From Squalus acanthias (Eukaryota): a DNA stretch of 64,000 bases. Below, one piece after another: positions 40,949-53,830 of this stretch (the stretch's first letter is position 1; the number at the start of each line of letters is the position of its first letter). Location of the stretch: assembly GCA_030390025.1 (NCBI GenBank), contig CM059431.1, positions 101,062,001 through 101,126,000 of the forward strand, written 5' to 3'. The notes below the pieces were generated by a model. The model searched no databases. It saw nothing but the letters and a program-made list of their open reading frames with translations, and was not told the origin of the DNA. A program made the translations under genes and the position numbers.

Positions 40949-42188
40949 ATGCACGCTCCCAGGAAAGATTGAGGGAATGAACAGGAACGGAGGAGAATAG
41001 GGACTGAGGAAGAGAGAAAAACCGGAGAAATAAGAATACAGATCATCACAGAGAAAGTAGGAAAAAAAAAAGACAAGTTAAGAGCCCAGAAATGGTAAAA
41101 AGTGAGAGAAACCAATATACAATATATCTTGCTTTAATATTGCACCAAGTTGTTTCCTTGGACTCAACTGAATGAGAACACACTAATAGCTGTACAATAC
41201 ATACGATGAAAAGGACCGTAATCGTTCCATTATTTCCATATACACTTCCCTGTTGTGCTTGTACGTGCGACAGCCCACAGAAGTGAACTACAGAATTAAC
41301 GGAAACTTTCACGGCCATGCTCCTCCACGAGCCGATTTTCCCTGAGTTTTGAAAATCAGAGATGATGAGTTTTAAAGTTCTTCTTATCAGATGACATGGC
41401 GTATTTTCTTTTCCTGGATGGCAGAAACAGGGAGTGGCAGCCTTTCTTAAACTGGTCTCCCAGTGCCCCAGACACCTAAATGCAACCCTGACCCCTCCCT
41501 TAAATTGGGAGTGACTTTCTTGACGGGGGCACTATGCAAACTGCAACAGGAAAGTGCATCAAACAAACAGTCTGATGAAAAGGGACTCAATCCTGCTAAA
41601 CCTATTGATGGTTTTTAAGGGAAACTTGTGTGAATGATCTAAGAAATGTAGTATGGCCGTAATTTTTTTTGGGGGGGAAAGGAAAGGAAAGAAAATATTT
41701 ATCACTAAGCTTTCAAATGTTTTTGTATTCTTTATTATTTGGCATAATTTTCTCTCATTTTAATGCTATGACTTCTATCCAGTTGAACTGGTTTGGCAAT
41801 GGGCAAAGCTCCTTGCACTCACCATCTAAACAAAGCTCGATGACAGCTTGATTCAAAAGCAATTCAATTGACAAAAAAAACACACAATTTGATACTCTGC
41901 CCAGCACAATCCGTGGTAATCATCGTCGATCTGCCCCTCCCTAACCCGGAACACTGAACTTTACAGCAGCCTGAAATCAGCTAACTCGGCAGAGAACAGG
42001 GATTAAACTTGGGGCTTCCGTATAGCTGAGATAAACTCACTGAACAAATACGAGAAGCCTTTTTAACTATCCATTGCTTAGGTTGCTTCATACTGTAATA
42101 TCCTAGAACAAGAAACATTTACTTCTATACATTAGAATAGTGTTCTTTTTGATATGAACCTCATTATTCCAGGAAGGCAAACCCATAC

Positions 42189-42282
42189 CTTGTATTGAGA
42201 TGGCTCAATCCTCTCACCAAAGAGCACTTGGCCCAGGTTTTCTGAGGGACGCTTTTCCTCTTTCAATTGACAGAAATCAAAC
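42189..42282 (-). CDS. TM9SF2: TM9SF2 exon 3 (FDFCQLKEEKRPSENLGQVLFGERIEPSQYK)
   Basis: 94 nt, aag|GTT ... AAG|gtatgg. Confidence 0.95.
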
Positions 42283-42477
42283 CTTTATCAGGAAGAAACA
42301 TTTTCAGGATCTTATCTACTGCAATTTTACCAACTCAGTATATCTTTGATTATGATGCAATGTATTTATATTATTTGCACATGTAGACACAGCCAGAAAA
42401 TATATTGTGATAAGTCTATAAATATTTTAAGTATACATACATTCCGAAGGCTTTAAATCAAAGGTAAATTTACTTAC

Positions 42478-42545
42478 GCAGCATACTCATAAGGTAGAAC
42501 AGATTCCACCGAGTCCAACCTGTTTACAAATAGTTCAATAGCACT
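42478..42545 (-). CDS. TM9SF2: TM9SF2 exon 2 (SAIELFVNRLDSVESVLPYEYA)
   Basis: 68 nt, ccag|AGT ... GC|gtaagt. Confidence 0.95.
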
Positions 42546-43029
42546 CTGGATGGGGACAAAGGAGAAAAAAATAAGCAATGTTAAAAATCAGCGCCACTTT
42601 TCCTACTTCAAGTGTTTGAATGTACTTTTGGGGTGGACGGGGGAAGCAAGAAGAGCAGGCATCACCAAAACCTGCGTGTCGTACAAAATAAGACACAGCA
42701 GGAGTTTAAACAGCTGAAGCACAGTGTAGAAATATCGCAATTTTTTTTTAAACACACAATATTCACGTGTTCAGCATCACTGGTCACTCTTGTTCCTCCT
42801 TGATTCGCAGTGTACTTTTTTCTGCCCAATATCAGTTAAACAATAGCATGACCCTGAGATCACATATCGGTACTGAAATATGACAAGTGCCAACATGTGA
42901 ACTCTCCTCTTTCAGGAAGGGTGACTGAAAAACACTCTATTGAGACAAGGCACAGATGGATACCAAGAGCTGTTTCATTCACATAACAAATCTAAATGAG
43001 TTACAGACAGCTTTTACATACACCAAATT

Positions 43030-43345
43030 TTTAGCACAGAAACAGGCCATTCGGCCCAACTGGTCGATGCCGGTGTTATTGCTCCACACGAACCTCCTCC
43101 CACCCCTCTTCATTTCACCCTGTCAGCATATCCTTCTATTCCTTTCTCTCTCTCTCATGTGTTTATTTAGCTTCCCCTTAAATGCATCCACACTATTCGC
43201 CTCAACCACTTCCTGTGGGAGCGAGTTCCACATTCTCACCACTCTCTGGGTAAAGAAGCTTCTCCTGAATTCCTTATTGGATTTATTGGTGACTGTCTTA
43301 TATTGATGGCCCCTAATTTTGGTCACCCCCACAAGCGGAACAATC
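43030..43345 (-). mobile_element. CR1 3' fragment
   Basis: RGHQYK...FFTQRVVRMWNSLP. Confidence 0.85.
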
Positions 43346-43390
43346 AATTTCCCCTGGCTCCTCCGTTATTAAAAATAACGAAGACATAAC

Positions 43391-43536
43391 TAATGTTCCC
43401 GTTAAGCTACACGGCCACGCTGGAGGTCCTGCGCAGGTCGCTTCACAATGGAAAACTGCGCCTGCGCGGAAATCTGAATGGGCCGCACAGCCCGTTAAAG
43501 GAGCCACGCAGCCAAAAAAAATTAAAGGGAGCATTG
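43391..43536. mobile_element. hAT-type MITE (same family as 38792-38948, opposite orientation)
   Basis: Perfect 8-bp TSD GACATAAC (43383-43390 / 43537-43544); TIR TAATGTTCCC / GGGAGCATTG. Confidence 0.85.
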
Positions 43537-45104
43537 GACATAACATACTACTTCTCTGAACATGGGCTCAACTCGAGTCAAACTGGTTCAGACATTTAAA
43601 CTACAAACATCGCCACTTTGGAGGGGGGGGGGGGGGAGGGAATGAAGAGAGTCAGCGAGAGCGAACACGACATTCTCTGCACACTACCCCAGCCTTAAGT
43701 CGATGAGATGGGGGGTTCTGTCTACTGAGCTGTCAGTCAGAGTTACTATTCTGTGGTGAACACCTGCCCAGGAGGCTCCATGAATTGGCCTTACCCAAGA
43801 CACCTGCTGTGTGAATGGAACAGAACACCTGGCCCGCCCCAGTGTGTTGCAACAAGCCACCATCTAACAATGGGGAGCAATGCTGAAGATCACACATAAC
43901 AATCCTTTCTTTGCGTAACTAACACTTCAAATTATCAGATAGCCAAAACAAAAATTCAGACTGCTGGCTTATTGTTCAGAAATATGCTGAATCTAGCATT
44001 ACAAAAATACTATAACATTTTTTTAAAATCACGACCGACAAATTCAATTTGCCACAAGAACCTTGAACCAGTGTCAAATTGTCCAGAAAAGACAACCATC
44101 TGCCTAAAGCTGAACCTGTACCATTTACAGCCCTGCCCCACCTCCAGTTACTGCAACACAAAACCAGTACATGAACAAACAGATTCAGGACTCCCTACGA
44201 AGCAAATAAACCAAACTCCCAAGTTTAAATCATAGTTTGCGTTGTGAGCTGATCACACCTGCCCTACACCATTGCAGCTACATTTGGTCTAAATGCCCCA
44301 CCCTCCCACCGGCTTAGGAAAGAATTACCTGGGACGCCTTCTGTGGTTTGATAACTTGCTGACACCCCGTCACACTCAAATATGAGTGGCGGCCATTTGG
44401 GTGAGGTTACAATGGGGAGTGTAGAATCAAATTCCAGCAAGGAATCAATGCTCAAAGGAGGAAAAAAAACATAATGTATTCCTTGAGCCCAATATGATAT
44501 AAAGGATTACCACGAACATTTTCATTAATGGATTGAAAAATCCAAGTTCCTACGTTTCAGGATCAGTTTCAAAAGATAGATTAGATTACAAATAATTGAT
44601 TAACAACAGTTAGTTTCTTCTTTTCTACTTTAAGCATTTAAAGGACTATTCCAAGACAGAATCCTGAAAAGGCTTTATCAAGTACTTGTCGAAAATAATT
44701 CTCCAAATATACCTAAATTAAACTTATTTTTGCAGTTAGACTCCCCCAACTGCCACCGAAGAGAAGCACCCGACAGTGGTTGCGCTCACAGAGTGGCTCA
44801 CAGTGCTACGATGATATTCAAGACTAATACATTTGCAGCGATATGCTGGGGAATTCATTTAATTTTTACCACAATGAGATTAAGCTGCAATTTACTATTA
44901 AAAAAAAACACACAAAACTACTCTTTAGGTTTCAATTACTCATTCTAAAAGGCACTAGGATCACATGGAAGCATCCCACAAGGGGAAGATCAATGTAAAC
45001 TCGGAGAGACTTTGAAAGGTATTCTCCCTTGGTTGGCCTGCATATCCATTCAGTTCCTAACACTCCATTCTTTCTATGTCTTAAATTGCAAATGTCACTT
45101 TAGC

Positions 45105-45530
45105 TTGGCGGTTTCACTCGTGCCTCGGAGTCAGAAGGTTGTGGGTTGAAGGCCTACTTTGGGACTTGAGCACATAATTTAGGCTGACATGTCAGTGTAG
45201 TCCTGAGGGAGGGACTGCATTGGTGGAGATGCTGCTTTTCGGATGAAACATTACACCAAGGCCCTAATTGCCTGTTCAGGTTGTACGTAATAGATGCCAG
45301 GGCACTATTTAAGGAAGAGCAGGGATTTCTCCTGGTATCCTGGTCGCAATCTATCCTTCGACCACCACGAAGCAGATTAACTAGCTGGACATTTATCTCA
45401 TTCTTGTTTGTGGGACCTTGCTGTGCACAAATTTCTTGCCGCATATAAAAAGATCACGGCACTTCAAAGGTAATTAATTGGCTTTGGGACATCCTAAGGA
45501 TGTGAAAGGTTGTATATAAGTTCCTTCTTT
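45105..45530 (+). mobile_element. Old Deu-domain SINE
   Basis: Diverged match to the 8496-8947 copy. Confidence 0.75.
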
Positions 45531-46502
45531 ATTCCACAGTCTTGAGCATGCAAGTGCAATTGTACATCTCTTACTACTGTACCCCTATATGCCAAGGTAC
45601 CCACAGCATCCTGCAGTTAGATGTATACAAAATTAACACCATTGTTAAATCAATGTTTGGTGCAGCTCCCACTGCAAATACGTTAAACCGTACTAATTTC
45701 AACATTTTTTTTAAATAACTGAAGCCTGTGCATAAACAAACAGAATTGGAATGTGCTAAAGCACCAAAAAAGGGTGAACTGTATGTTTTATGATTCACCA
45801 ATTTTTGTGTCATCGGATACGTAGCACCGATTTTACGCATGGGTGGCATAATTCAGAAAACATGAACCACAGCTGCAGGGAAATGGATCTCAAAGTGGAG
45901 GGAGTCAACAAGGGAAAACTGGGACATGTCAGGTGGTCGGTTTGGCTCAACTAGCATCAGCTGACGCTCTCTTTTTCCAGAGATGCTGCAAATTGACAAC
46001 TCTGAAATTCATGGCCCAGATTTTACGGGGCCTACGACAGGAATGCGATGCGCATGCGCCAAAACCCAGAACTTGCGATGTCAAGTTAACCTCGACAAAT
46101 CGTTCGCATCCGCTGTAAATTCACTTTCGCAGGCGCAGAGTTGGGCGATTTGCCCAACGACTGCCCAGCGAATACCCACCAAACCCTTATGCCTGGTAAA
46201 AGTAGGGGTACGGCCTTCTTTTACCAGCGTAAGGGTTAAAATAATGTTTAAAAAATTTATTATTTTTTTTTTTTTAAATGGTTTAAACATTTATTTACAT
46301 TTAAAATTAGTTTAGGCTATTTTTGTCCTGTTTAGAAATGTTTAAATTTATTTTTCAAAAAATTACATTTTTATTTTACATGTTTAATTAAAGGGTATTT
46401 TAATTAATTTTGAACCTGCGATCATTTATTTTTATTTCAGTGTTGTGAAATTTTATTTATTAGGGAATTTCTAATATGCTTATGGGGATTCTGTACGTAA
46501 AT

Positions 46503-47585
46503 CACAGAATCATAGAATGGTTACAGCACAGAAGGAGGCAATTCTGACATCGAGCCCGTGCCGGCTCTCTGCAAGAGCACTTCAGCTAGTCTCACTCCCC
46601 CGTCCTTTCACCATAGCCCTGCAAATCTTTTCCCTTCAGGTACTTATCCAATTCCCTTTTGAAAGCCGTGATTGAGTCTGCCTCCACCACCCTTTCAGGC
46701 AGCGCATTCCAGATCATAACCACTCGCTGCCTAAAATAGTTTTTCCTCGTGTCGCCTTTGGTTCTTCTGCCAATCACCTTAAATCTGTGTCCTCTGGTTC
46801 TCGACCCTTCTGCCAATGGGAACAGTCTCGCTCTATCTACTCTGTCCAGACCCCTCATGATTTTGAACACCTCTATCAAATCTCCTCTCAACCTTCTCTG
46901 CTCTAAGGAGAACAACCCCAGCTTCTCTAGTCTATCCACATAACTGAAGTCCCTCATCCCTGGAATCATTCTCGTAAAACTTTTCTGCACCCTCTCTAAG
47001 GCCTTCAAATCCTTCCTAAAGTGCGGTGCCTAGAATTGGACAATACTCCAGTTGAGGCCGAACCAGTGTTTTATAAAGGTTCAATATACAGGAAACTTTT
47101 GTTTATCCGGCACCCAAATATCCGGAATTCTCGCTTAACCGGCAAAAATCATCCTCCGAAAACTCCTCTCAAATAACCGGCAATGTTGCCGAGTCGCAGT
47201 CAAGTCTCCGCGAATGCCGAGTACTCTGAAAACACCTCTCAAATAACCGGCAATGTTGCCGATCCCGAGTCCAAGTCCGAGTCCGCGAACGCCGATTTAG
47301 TCAGTAGGGGTAGTTTTCAAAAGTGCCACTACTCGGCCTCCTGGCGCTGTCGGAAGTATACTGCACATTTCTTGATTTATTTATTTTTTTGTTAAAAATA
47401 GCCTCGGTAGATATAACTCTCCGTTATCCGGTACTTTCGATAAACCGGCACCACGCCGGTCCCGTCGGTGCCGGTTAATAAAGAGTTTCCTGTAACTTCC
47501 TTGCTTTTGTACTCTACATCTCTATTTATGAAGCCCAGGATCCCGTATGCTTTTTTAACCGCTTTCTCAACCTGCCCTCCCTCCT
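46503..47585 (-). mobile_element. CR1 3' fragment with 6-bp TSD GTAAAT
   Basis: ORF 46592-47008 (KALERVQK...WNALPERVV); TSD at 46497-46502 / 47586-47591. Confidence 0.9.
47089..47491. mobile_element. Tc1/mariner (pogo/Tigger-like) MITE
   Basis: TA|CAGGAAACT...CCGGCACC and GGTGCCGG...AGTTTCCTG|TA; the CR1 reads through when it is removed; internal direct repeat CCTCTCAAATAACCGGCAATGTTGCCGA. Confidence 0.82.
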
Positions 47586-48124
47586 GTAAATGGAATCCCC
47601 ATAAGCATAATAGGAATCCCCCTTTGTTATTGGTTGACCTGGCCCATGTGAGCCCAGGGACGCTTGCGAATTGCATGCGCTCCTGGGATCCGTGGGCCTT
47701 TACACAGGCGTACGCCCGCAGGCCCAGGACCACAAGAGTCCGAAGCTCTGGAGACACAAGGTAAGTACGTCGTTTTCTTGCGGCTCGGAGGCGCATGTGG
47801 GCAGTAAGCTTCCGACCGCAATTTCCAGGCCAATATTTATTTAGCATTACATATACTAACATACAGTTCTTAAACAACTCCTTTTAAATGAACATTTAGT
47901 ACCTTGCCCTGGTGCCCATTCTGCATGCAAGCCTGGACCGTAAATGTTCACAGGTCTTTGAATCATGGGGCGATCACAGATTATCCCGATTCTGTCCACA
48001 TGCACCATCTAGCAGGGGTTGCTGGACAGTGATCAGGCGCTTTCTCATTCCTCCTTAGCTGATTCTAGCACCCCAATGCCACCCTGGCTGAAATGGTGGG
48101 AGATCAGTGAACTGACACAGGTAA

Positions 48125-51100
48125 TAAGAACATAAGAACATAAGAAATAGGAGCAGGAGTAGGCCAATCGGCCCCTCGAGCCTGCTCCGCCATTCAATAA
48201 GATCATGGCTGATCTGATCCTAACCGCCAATCTACTATCTATCACAGAACCATCTCCTGCATCTAACAGAATTGCACACACGAAATAGGAGCAGAATCAG
48301 GCTACACAGTCCCTGGGCCCGCTCCACTACCCACAGGGCCATGACCGATCCGAACCTAGACTCATGTCCAAATTCCTGCCCGCTCCCCGTAACCCTTAAT
48401 GCCCTTTACTTCTAGGAAACTGTCTATTTCTGTTTTAAATTTAATTAATGTTGTAGCTTCTACAGCTTTTTGTGGCAGCATATTCCATGGACCTACCACC
48501 CTCTGAGTGAAGTAGTTCCTCCTCATCTCAGTTTTGAAAGAGCAGCCCCTTATTCTAAGACTATGTCCCCTAGTTCTCGTCTCACCCGTCATCGGGAACA
48601 TCCTCCCCGCATCCACCCGATCCAACCCCTTCACAATCTTATATGTTTCAATAAGATCGCCTCTCATTCTTCTGAACTCCAATGAGTAGAGTCCCAATCT
48701 ACCCAACCTCTCCTCATATGACCACCCCCTCATCCCCGGGATTAACCGAATGAACCTTTTTTGCACTGCCTCGAGAGCAAGGATGTCTTTCCTTAAGTAA
48801 GGACACCAAAACTGTATGCAGTATTCCAGGTGCGGTCTCACCAATACCTTGTACAACTGAAGCAATACCTCCCTATTTTTATATTCTATCCCCCTAGCAA
48901 TGAAAGCCAACATTCCATTTGCCTTCTTAATCACTTGCTGCACCTGCATACTAACCTTTTGAGTTTCGTGCACCAGGACCCCCAGATCCCTTTGCACTTC
49001 AGTACTCTCCAGTTTCTTGCCATTAAGATAATAAATTGCTCTAGGATTTTTCCTGCCAAAGTGCATCACCTCACACTTTCCAGTGTTGTATTCCATCTGC
49101 CAAATCTCTGCCCACTTACTTAGCCTGTCTATGTCCCCTTGCAGGTTTTTTATGTCCTCCTCACTCACTACTTTCCCTCCCATCTTTGTATCATCTGCAA
49201 ATTTTGATATGTTACACTTGGTCCCTTCCTCCAAATCGTTAATATAGATTGTAAAGAGTTGGGGACCCAGCACTGACCCCTGTGGAACACCACTAGTTAC
49301 TGATTGCCAGTCTGAGAATGAACCATTTATCCCAACTCTTTGCTTTCTGTTAGATAGCCAATCCTCTATCCATGCCAGAATATTACCCCCAATCCCGTGA
49401 TTTTTTACCTTAAGCAATAATCTTTTGTGTGGCACCTTGTCAAATGCCTTTTGGAAGTCTAAATACACTACGTCCACTGGTTCCCCTTTATCCACTCTAT
49501 ATGTTACTTCCTCAAAGAACTCCAGCAAATTTGTCAAACATGACTTCCCCTTCGTAAAACCATGCTGACTTTGTCCTATTAAATTATGATTATCCAAATG
49601 TCCTGTTACTGTTTCCTTAATAATGGACTCCAAAATTTTACCTACCACAGATGTTAGGCTAACCGGTCTATAGTTACCAGCCTTCTGTCTACTGCCCTTT
49701 TTAAATAAGGGTGTTACATTAGCAGTTTTCCAGTCTGCCGGGACCTTAGCGGAATCCAGGGAGTTTTGAAAAATTATTACCAATGCATCTACAATCCCTA
49801 CCGCCACTTCCTTCAAGACTCTAGGATGTAAGCCATCAGGTCCAGGTGATTTATCCGCCTTGAGTCCCATTATTTTACCGAGTACCACTTCCTTAGTGAT
49901 TTTGATCGTGTTTAGCTCCTCTCCCCCTATAGCCCCCTGTTTGTCCAGTGTTGGGATATTCTTAGTGTCCTCTACTGTAAAGACTGATACAAAATATTCA
50001 TTCAGTGTTTTTGCCATCTCCATATTTCCCACCATTAATTTCCCGGTCTCATCCTCTAAGGGACCAACATTTACTTTAGCCACCCTTTTTCTTTTTATAT
50101 AACTATAAAAACTCTTACTATCTGTTTTTATATTTTTTGCTAATTTACTTTCATAATCTATCTTCCCTTTCTTAATCAATCTTTTTGTTATTTTTTGCTG
50201 CCTTTTAAAGTTTTCCCAATCCTCTGTCCTCCCACTAGATTTCGCTACCTTATATGCCCTTGTTTTTAGTCGAATACTATCCTTAATTTCTTTACTTAGC
50301 CACGGATGACTGTCCTTTCTTTTACACCCTTTTCTTTTCAGTGGAATATATTTTTTTGGAAGTTGTAAAATAACTCCTTGAATGTACACCACTGATCATG
50401 TGTCGTCTTACCCTTTAATCTATTTTCCCAATCCACTCTACTCAATTCCGCTCGCATACCTTCATAGTCTCCTTTATTCAAGCTTAGCACGCTTGTTTGA
50501 GATCCAACCTTCTCACCCTCTAATTGAATATGGAATTCAACCATGTTATGGTCACTCATTCCAAGGGGATCCTTTACTAGGACATTTTTAATTAATCCTG
50601 TCTCGTTACACAGGACCAGATCTAAGGTTGCTTGCCCCCTGGTCGGTTCAGTTACATACTGCTCAAGAAACCCATCCCTAATACACTCAATGAACTCATC
50701 CTCAAGGCAGCCCTGCCCCATTTGATTTGTCCAATTAATATGATAGTTAAAATCCCCCATAATTATAGATGTTCCCTTATTACATGCCTCAACTATTTCC
50801 TGATTGATACTCCGTCCAATAGAGTTGCAACTGTTCGGAGGCCTATAGACTACGCCCACTAATGTTTTTTTCCCCTTATTATTCCTTATCTCCACCCAAA
50901 CTGTTTCATTATCATGATTTTTTGACCCAATATCATTACTCTGTATTACAGTGATTCCTTCCTTTATTAACATAGCCACCCCACCTCCCCTTCCTTCCTG
51001 CCTGTCCTTCCTGATCGTTAAATAACCTGGTATGTTTAATTCCCAGGCATTGTCACCCTGCAGCCATGTTTCTGTAATGGCCACAATATCATAACCATAT

Positions 51101-51461
51101 GTAGTTATTTGTGCCATTAACTCGTCTATTTTGTTACGAATGCTACGTGCATTCAGATAGAGAACTTTCAAATATGCTTTGTGGCACTTAGTTCCTGCTT
51201 TTTCACTTTTTACCAGTTTACCTTTTACTCCACACACTCTGTCCCTTCCTGCCACGCTCTGATTTGTGATTCCCCTACTGCTACCTATGTCTATGACCCT
51301 CTCTGTTGTCATTTTTATTTTTTGCTCTCTTGAAACCTCCCCCCCACTAATTAGTTTAAAGCCCTCTCCACAGCCCTAGTTATTCGATTCGCCAGGACAC
51401 TAGTCCCAGCACTGGCCAAGTGAAGTCCGTCCCAACGGAACAGCTCTCTCCTGCCCCAGTA
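48125..51461 (-). mobile_element. Near-intact CR1 LINE: ORF1 C-terminus (esterase-type DGLHL) + ORF2 (APE endonuclease + RT) + 3' UTR
   Basis: ORF1 end YWGRRELFRWDGLHL...RALN* (stop at 51351); APE motifs NARS, ITETW, MGDFN, SDH; RT motifs GVPQGSVLGP, FADD; single frameshift near 50351-50357. Confidence 0.95.
48362..51312 (-). pseudogene. CR1 ORF2 (~983 aa if one A is restored)
   Basis: Two overlapping ORFs (324 aa + 676 aa) join at an A7 run: ...FYNFQK / KYIPLKRK... Confidence 0.85.
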
Positions 51462-53230
51462 AATGGAACCTGGAGCCACCTTGTCTGTATGGCTCAGTTA
51501 CACGCTGCTTTAACCATCTGTCAGAACTATCAGAGCAGCTACTACAGTTACCATTTTGCTTGATTTTAAGAAACTCTTTCAGCTTCCTGCTCGTCACTTG
51601 GCCAATGGGACGAGCAAGCAACCTGTTCCTCAGCCTCTACCGATTGCTAGGGGGTGTACTAAAGCAGCACTCAATGTCTTACTAACATTTTCCTTTCTTC
51701 CCGAGATAGCACAGTATCCACCAAATGAATCCCCAAACAAAGCAACTGGCCTTGAGGAGACATCAAGGATTTGACTTCACATCCGACTGCTTCATGGTGC
51801 AGTGCATCGGAATGTCAATGGCAATTTTAGTAAGCAGCAAATAATTCCCTATTTCTCTAAAAAGAACGAAACTGTACACTTTCCTACAATTAGTCATACT
51901 TGCCCGTATGTCTAGTTTCGTTAGGCGCAACATGGGGTCTCTCAGAGCCAAGGATACAGGAACTTCAAGCACTGGTAGTCTCCGCACCCTCGTACGGCCT
52001 TGTTTGAAAGCGGGCGGGAGTCCTAATTGGTGACGCTTACAGCATACTCCAGAGCTACACACCAAACAGGTAGAACAAGGTCCTTTTAACTAAAGGTAAC
52101 TAAATGGTTACCGATAGTAATTTCCAGCAAAACTATTTTTAATACGCTAGCTCTCGTTGCTCTCAACAATTCAGAGGTTTTGTAAGTAGAAGGGGGTTCT
52201 GCCAATTAATTATCAGGGACACTGATTTATTGGCATTGGGGGCAGCCCTTGTATCTGGGAGAACTGGGAAGGGGGCCTGGCAGGACTGGGATGGAGTCTG
52301 AGGGTCTAGCAGTAATTTGAGAGGTTGTAGTGTCTGGGAGCAATAGGAGGAACGTCCTGGGATTTAAGGAGCACTGCTGACAGGGGTCACTGGAAATGGT
52401 GCTGGGATCGTTGGGAAGTGGGGGGGATCCTGGAATCTAGGAACACTGGCGAAGGGGTCCCAGCATCAGGAATCACTGGCAGGAGGCTTCCTGGGGTCTG
52501 GGTTCACGCTTCAGCAGCCATTTGGGGAAAAAGACCCCAAAGAAAATAGAACCTAATTGTTTGCGACCTCAGATTCCTGCAACCACCCACACTGCCAGGC
52601 TCTGTCCTGTATTCCTGTTCCCTGGAGCCCCCATTAGTGCATACAAACACCGAAATGATTTTCCAAATGCTCCCAGACTCCTATACCGTCCCCTATGCTC
52701 CTAGGCCTTAGGACTTCTCCTGTCAGTTATTCCTGACCCTGGGATTCCCCTCTCCAATGTTCCCAGATTGTTCCTGGAACTCCCTACGGACTGCAGTGGT
52801 CCATGAACGCAGCTCACCACCACCTTCTCGAGGGCAACTAGGAATGGGCAATAAATGCAGATCTTGCTAGCGACACCAGTATCCCAAGAATGATTTTTTT
52901 TTTAAATGCCCAGTTTGTTTCAAATTCTTATGCAAAAAGAGCAAAGTAACTTACAAATTCTCACAGGATGAGTGGAGTCATAGTGTACTTCGACTCAGAA
53001 ACTTACTGCTACAATGCCAAGAAATTCTGCAAATAACCCATACTCAGACTGCAGAGATGTGGTTTGTAAACCTTCAACCGTTCTGGGGAAAATATGTCCA
53101 GTTAAAGCCTGGAGAACTATCTCCTCAGTTTTAACATTCTGCTGTTTGAGCCCATCAACAAAACACGACAGCAAACGCGTGATGTTACAGTGGGACAAAT
53201 AAAAAAAGAGTGCACTGCACGCAAGACTTT

Positions 53231-53421
53231 TGGGGAGTAATTTTAACCTTACTTGTGGGCAGGAAACCCATGGGATCGGATGCAATGCTGGCTTTATATC
53301 CCACCCAATACTACTCTCCACCTGACTTCAATAGTGCGCAATCGGGCTGGGTGCAAAACCAGCAGCATTGCATCCAATCCCATCAGTTCCCCGACACGTG
53401 GGTTAGCTTAAAATTGCCCCC
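53231..53421. mobile_element. Short decayed MITE
   Basis: Imperfect TIR GGGGAGTAATTTTAA / TTAAAATTGCCCCC. Confidence 0.5.
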
Positions 53422-53582
53422 TTAATGTTAGCAGATCTCTAATAGTGTTGCTCAGTGAGTCATGCTGTTTTATAACAATCGGAGCGTTAGCAACAAAGTG
53501 TGATGGCAACAGTGTTACAGTAAGAGTTACAGTTACAGGAAGTGCGCACTATACACAAGACTTGCGTTCTTGTCCAGATGGA

Positions 53583-53830
53583 CAATCGCTCCAACATTGG
53601 CGGCCGCGCCTTCAGCTGCCTCGGCCCTAAGCTCTGGAATTCCCTCCCTAAACCTCTCCGTCTCGCTACCTCTCGCTCCTCCTTTAAGACGCTCCTTAAA
53701 ACCTACCTCTACTGCCCGAATATCTCCTTATTTGGCTCGGGATCAAATTGTGTTTGATAACGCACCTGTGAAGCGCCTTGGGAAGTTTTACTACGTTAAA
53801 GGCGCTATATAAATACAAGTTGTTGTTGTT
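53583..53830 (+). mobile_element. L2 3' fragment
   Basis: GGRAFSCLGPKLWNSLP; (TTG)n tail. Confidence 0.88.

Larger units (their letters stand above)
46013..47831. mobile_element. Harbinger-like MITE hosting a nested CR1 and a Tigger-like MITE
   Basis: Outer parts match the reverse complement of 17590-18234. Confidence 0.75.

Noticed and set aside
53007..53082. Possible 76-nt poison exon in intron 1 (ccccag|AAC ... GCA|gtaagt, early TGA)
   Set aside because: Splice-like pairs are expected by chance in a 16-kb intron; no conservation or expression evidence available
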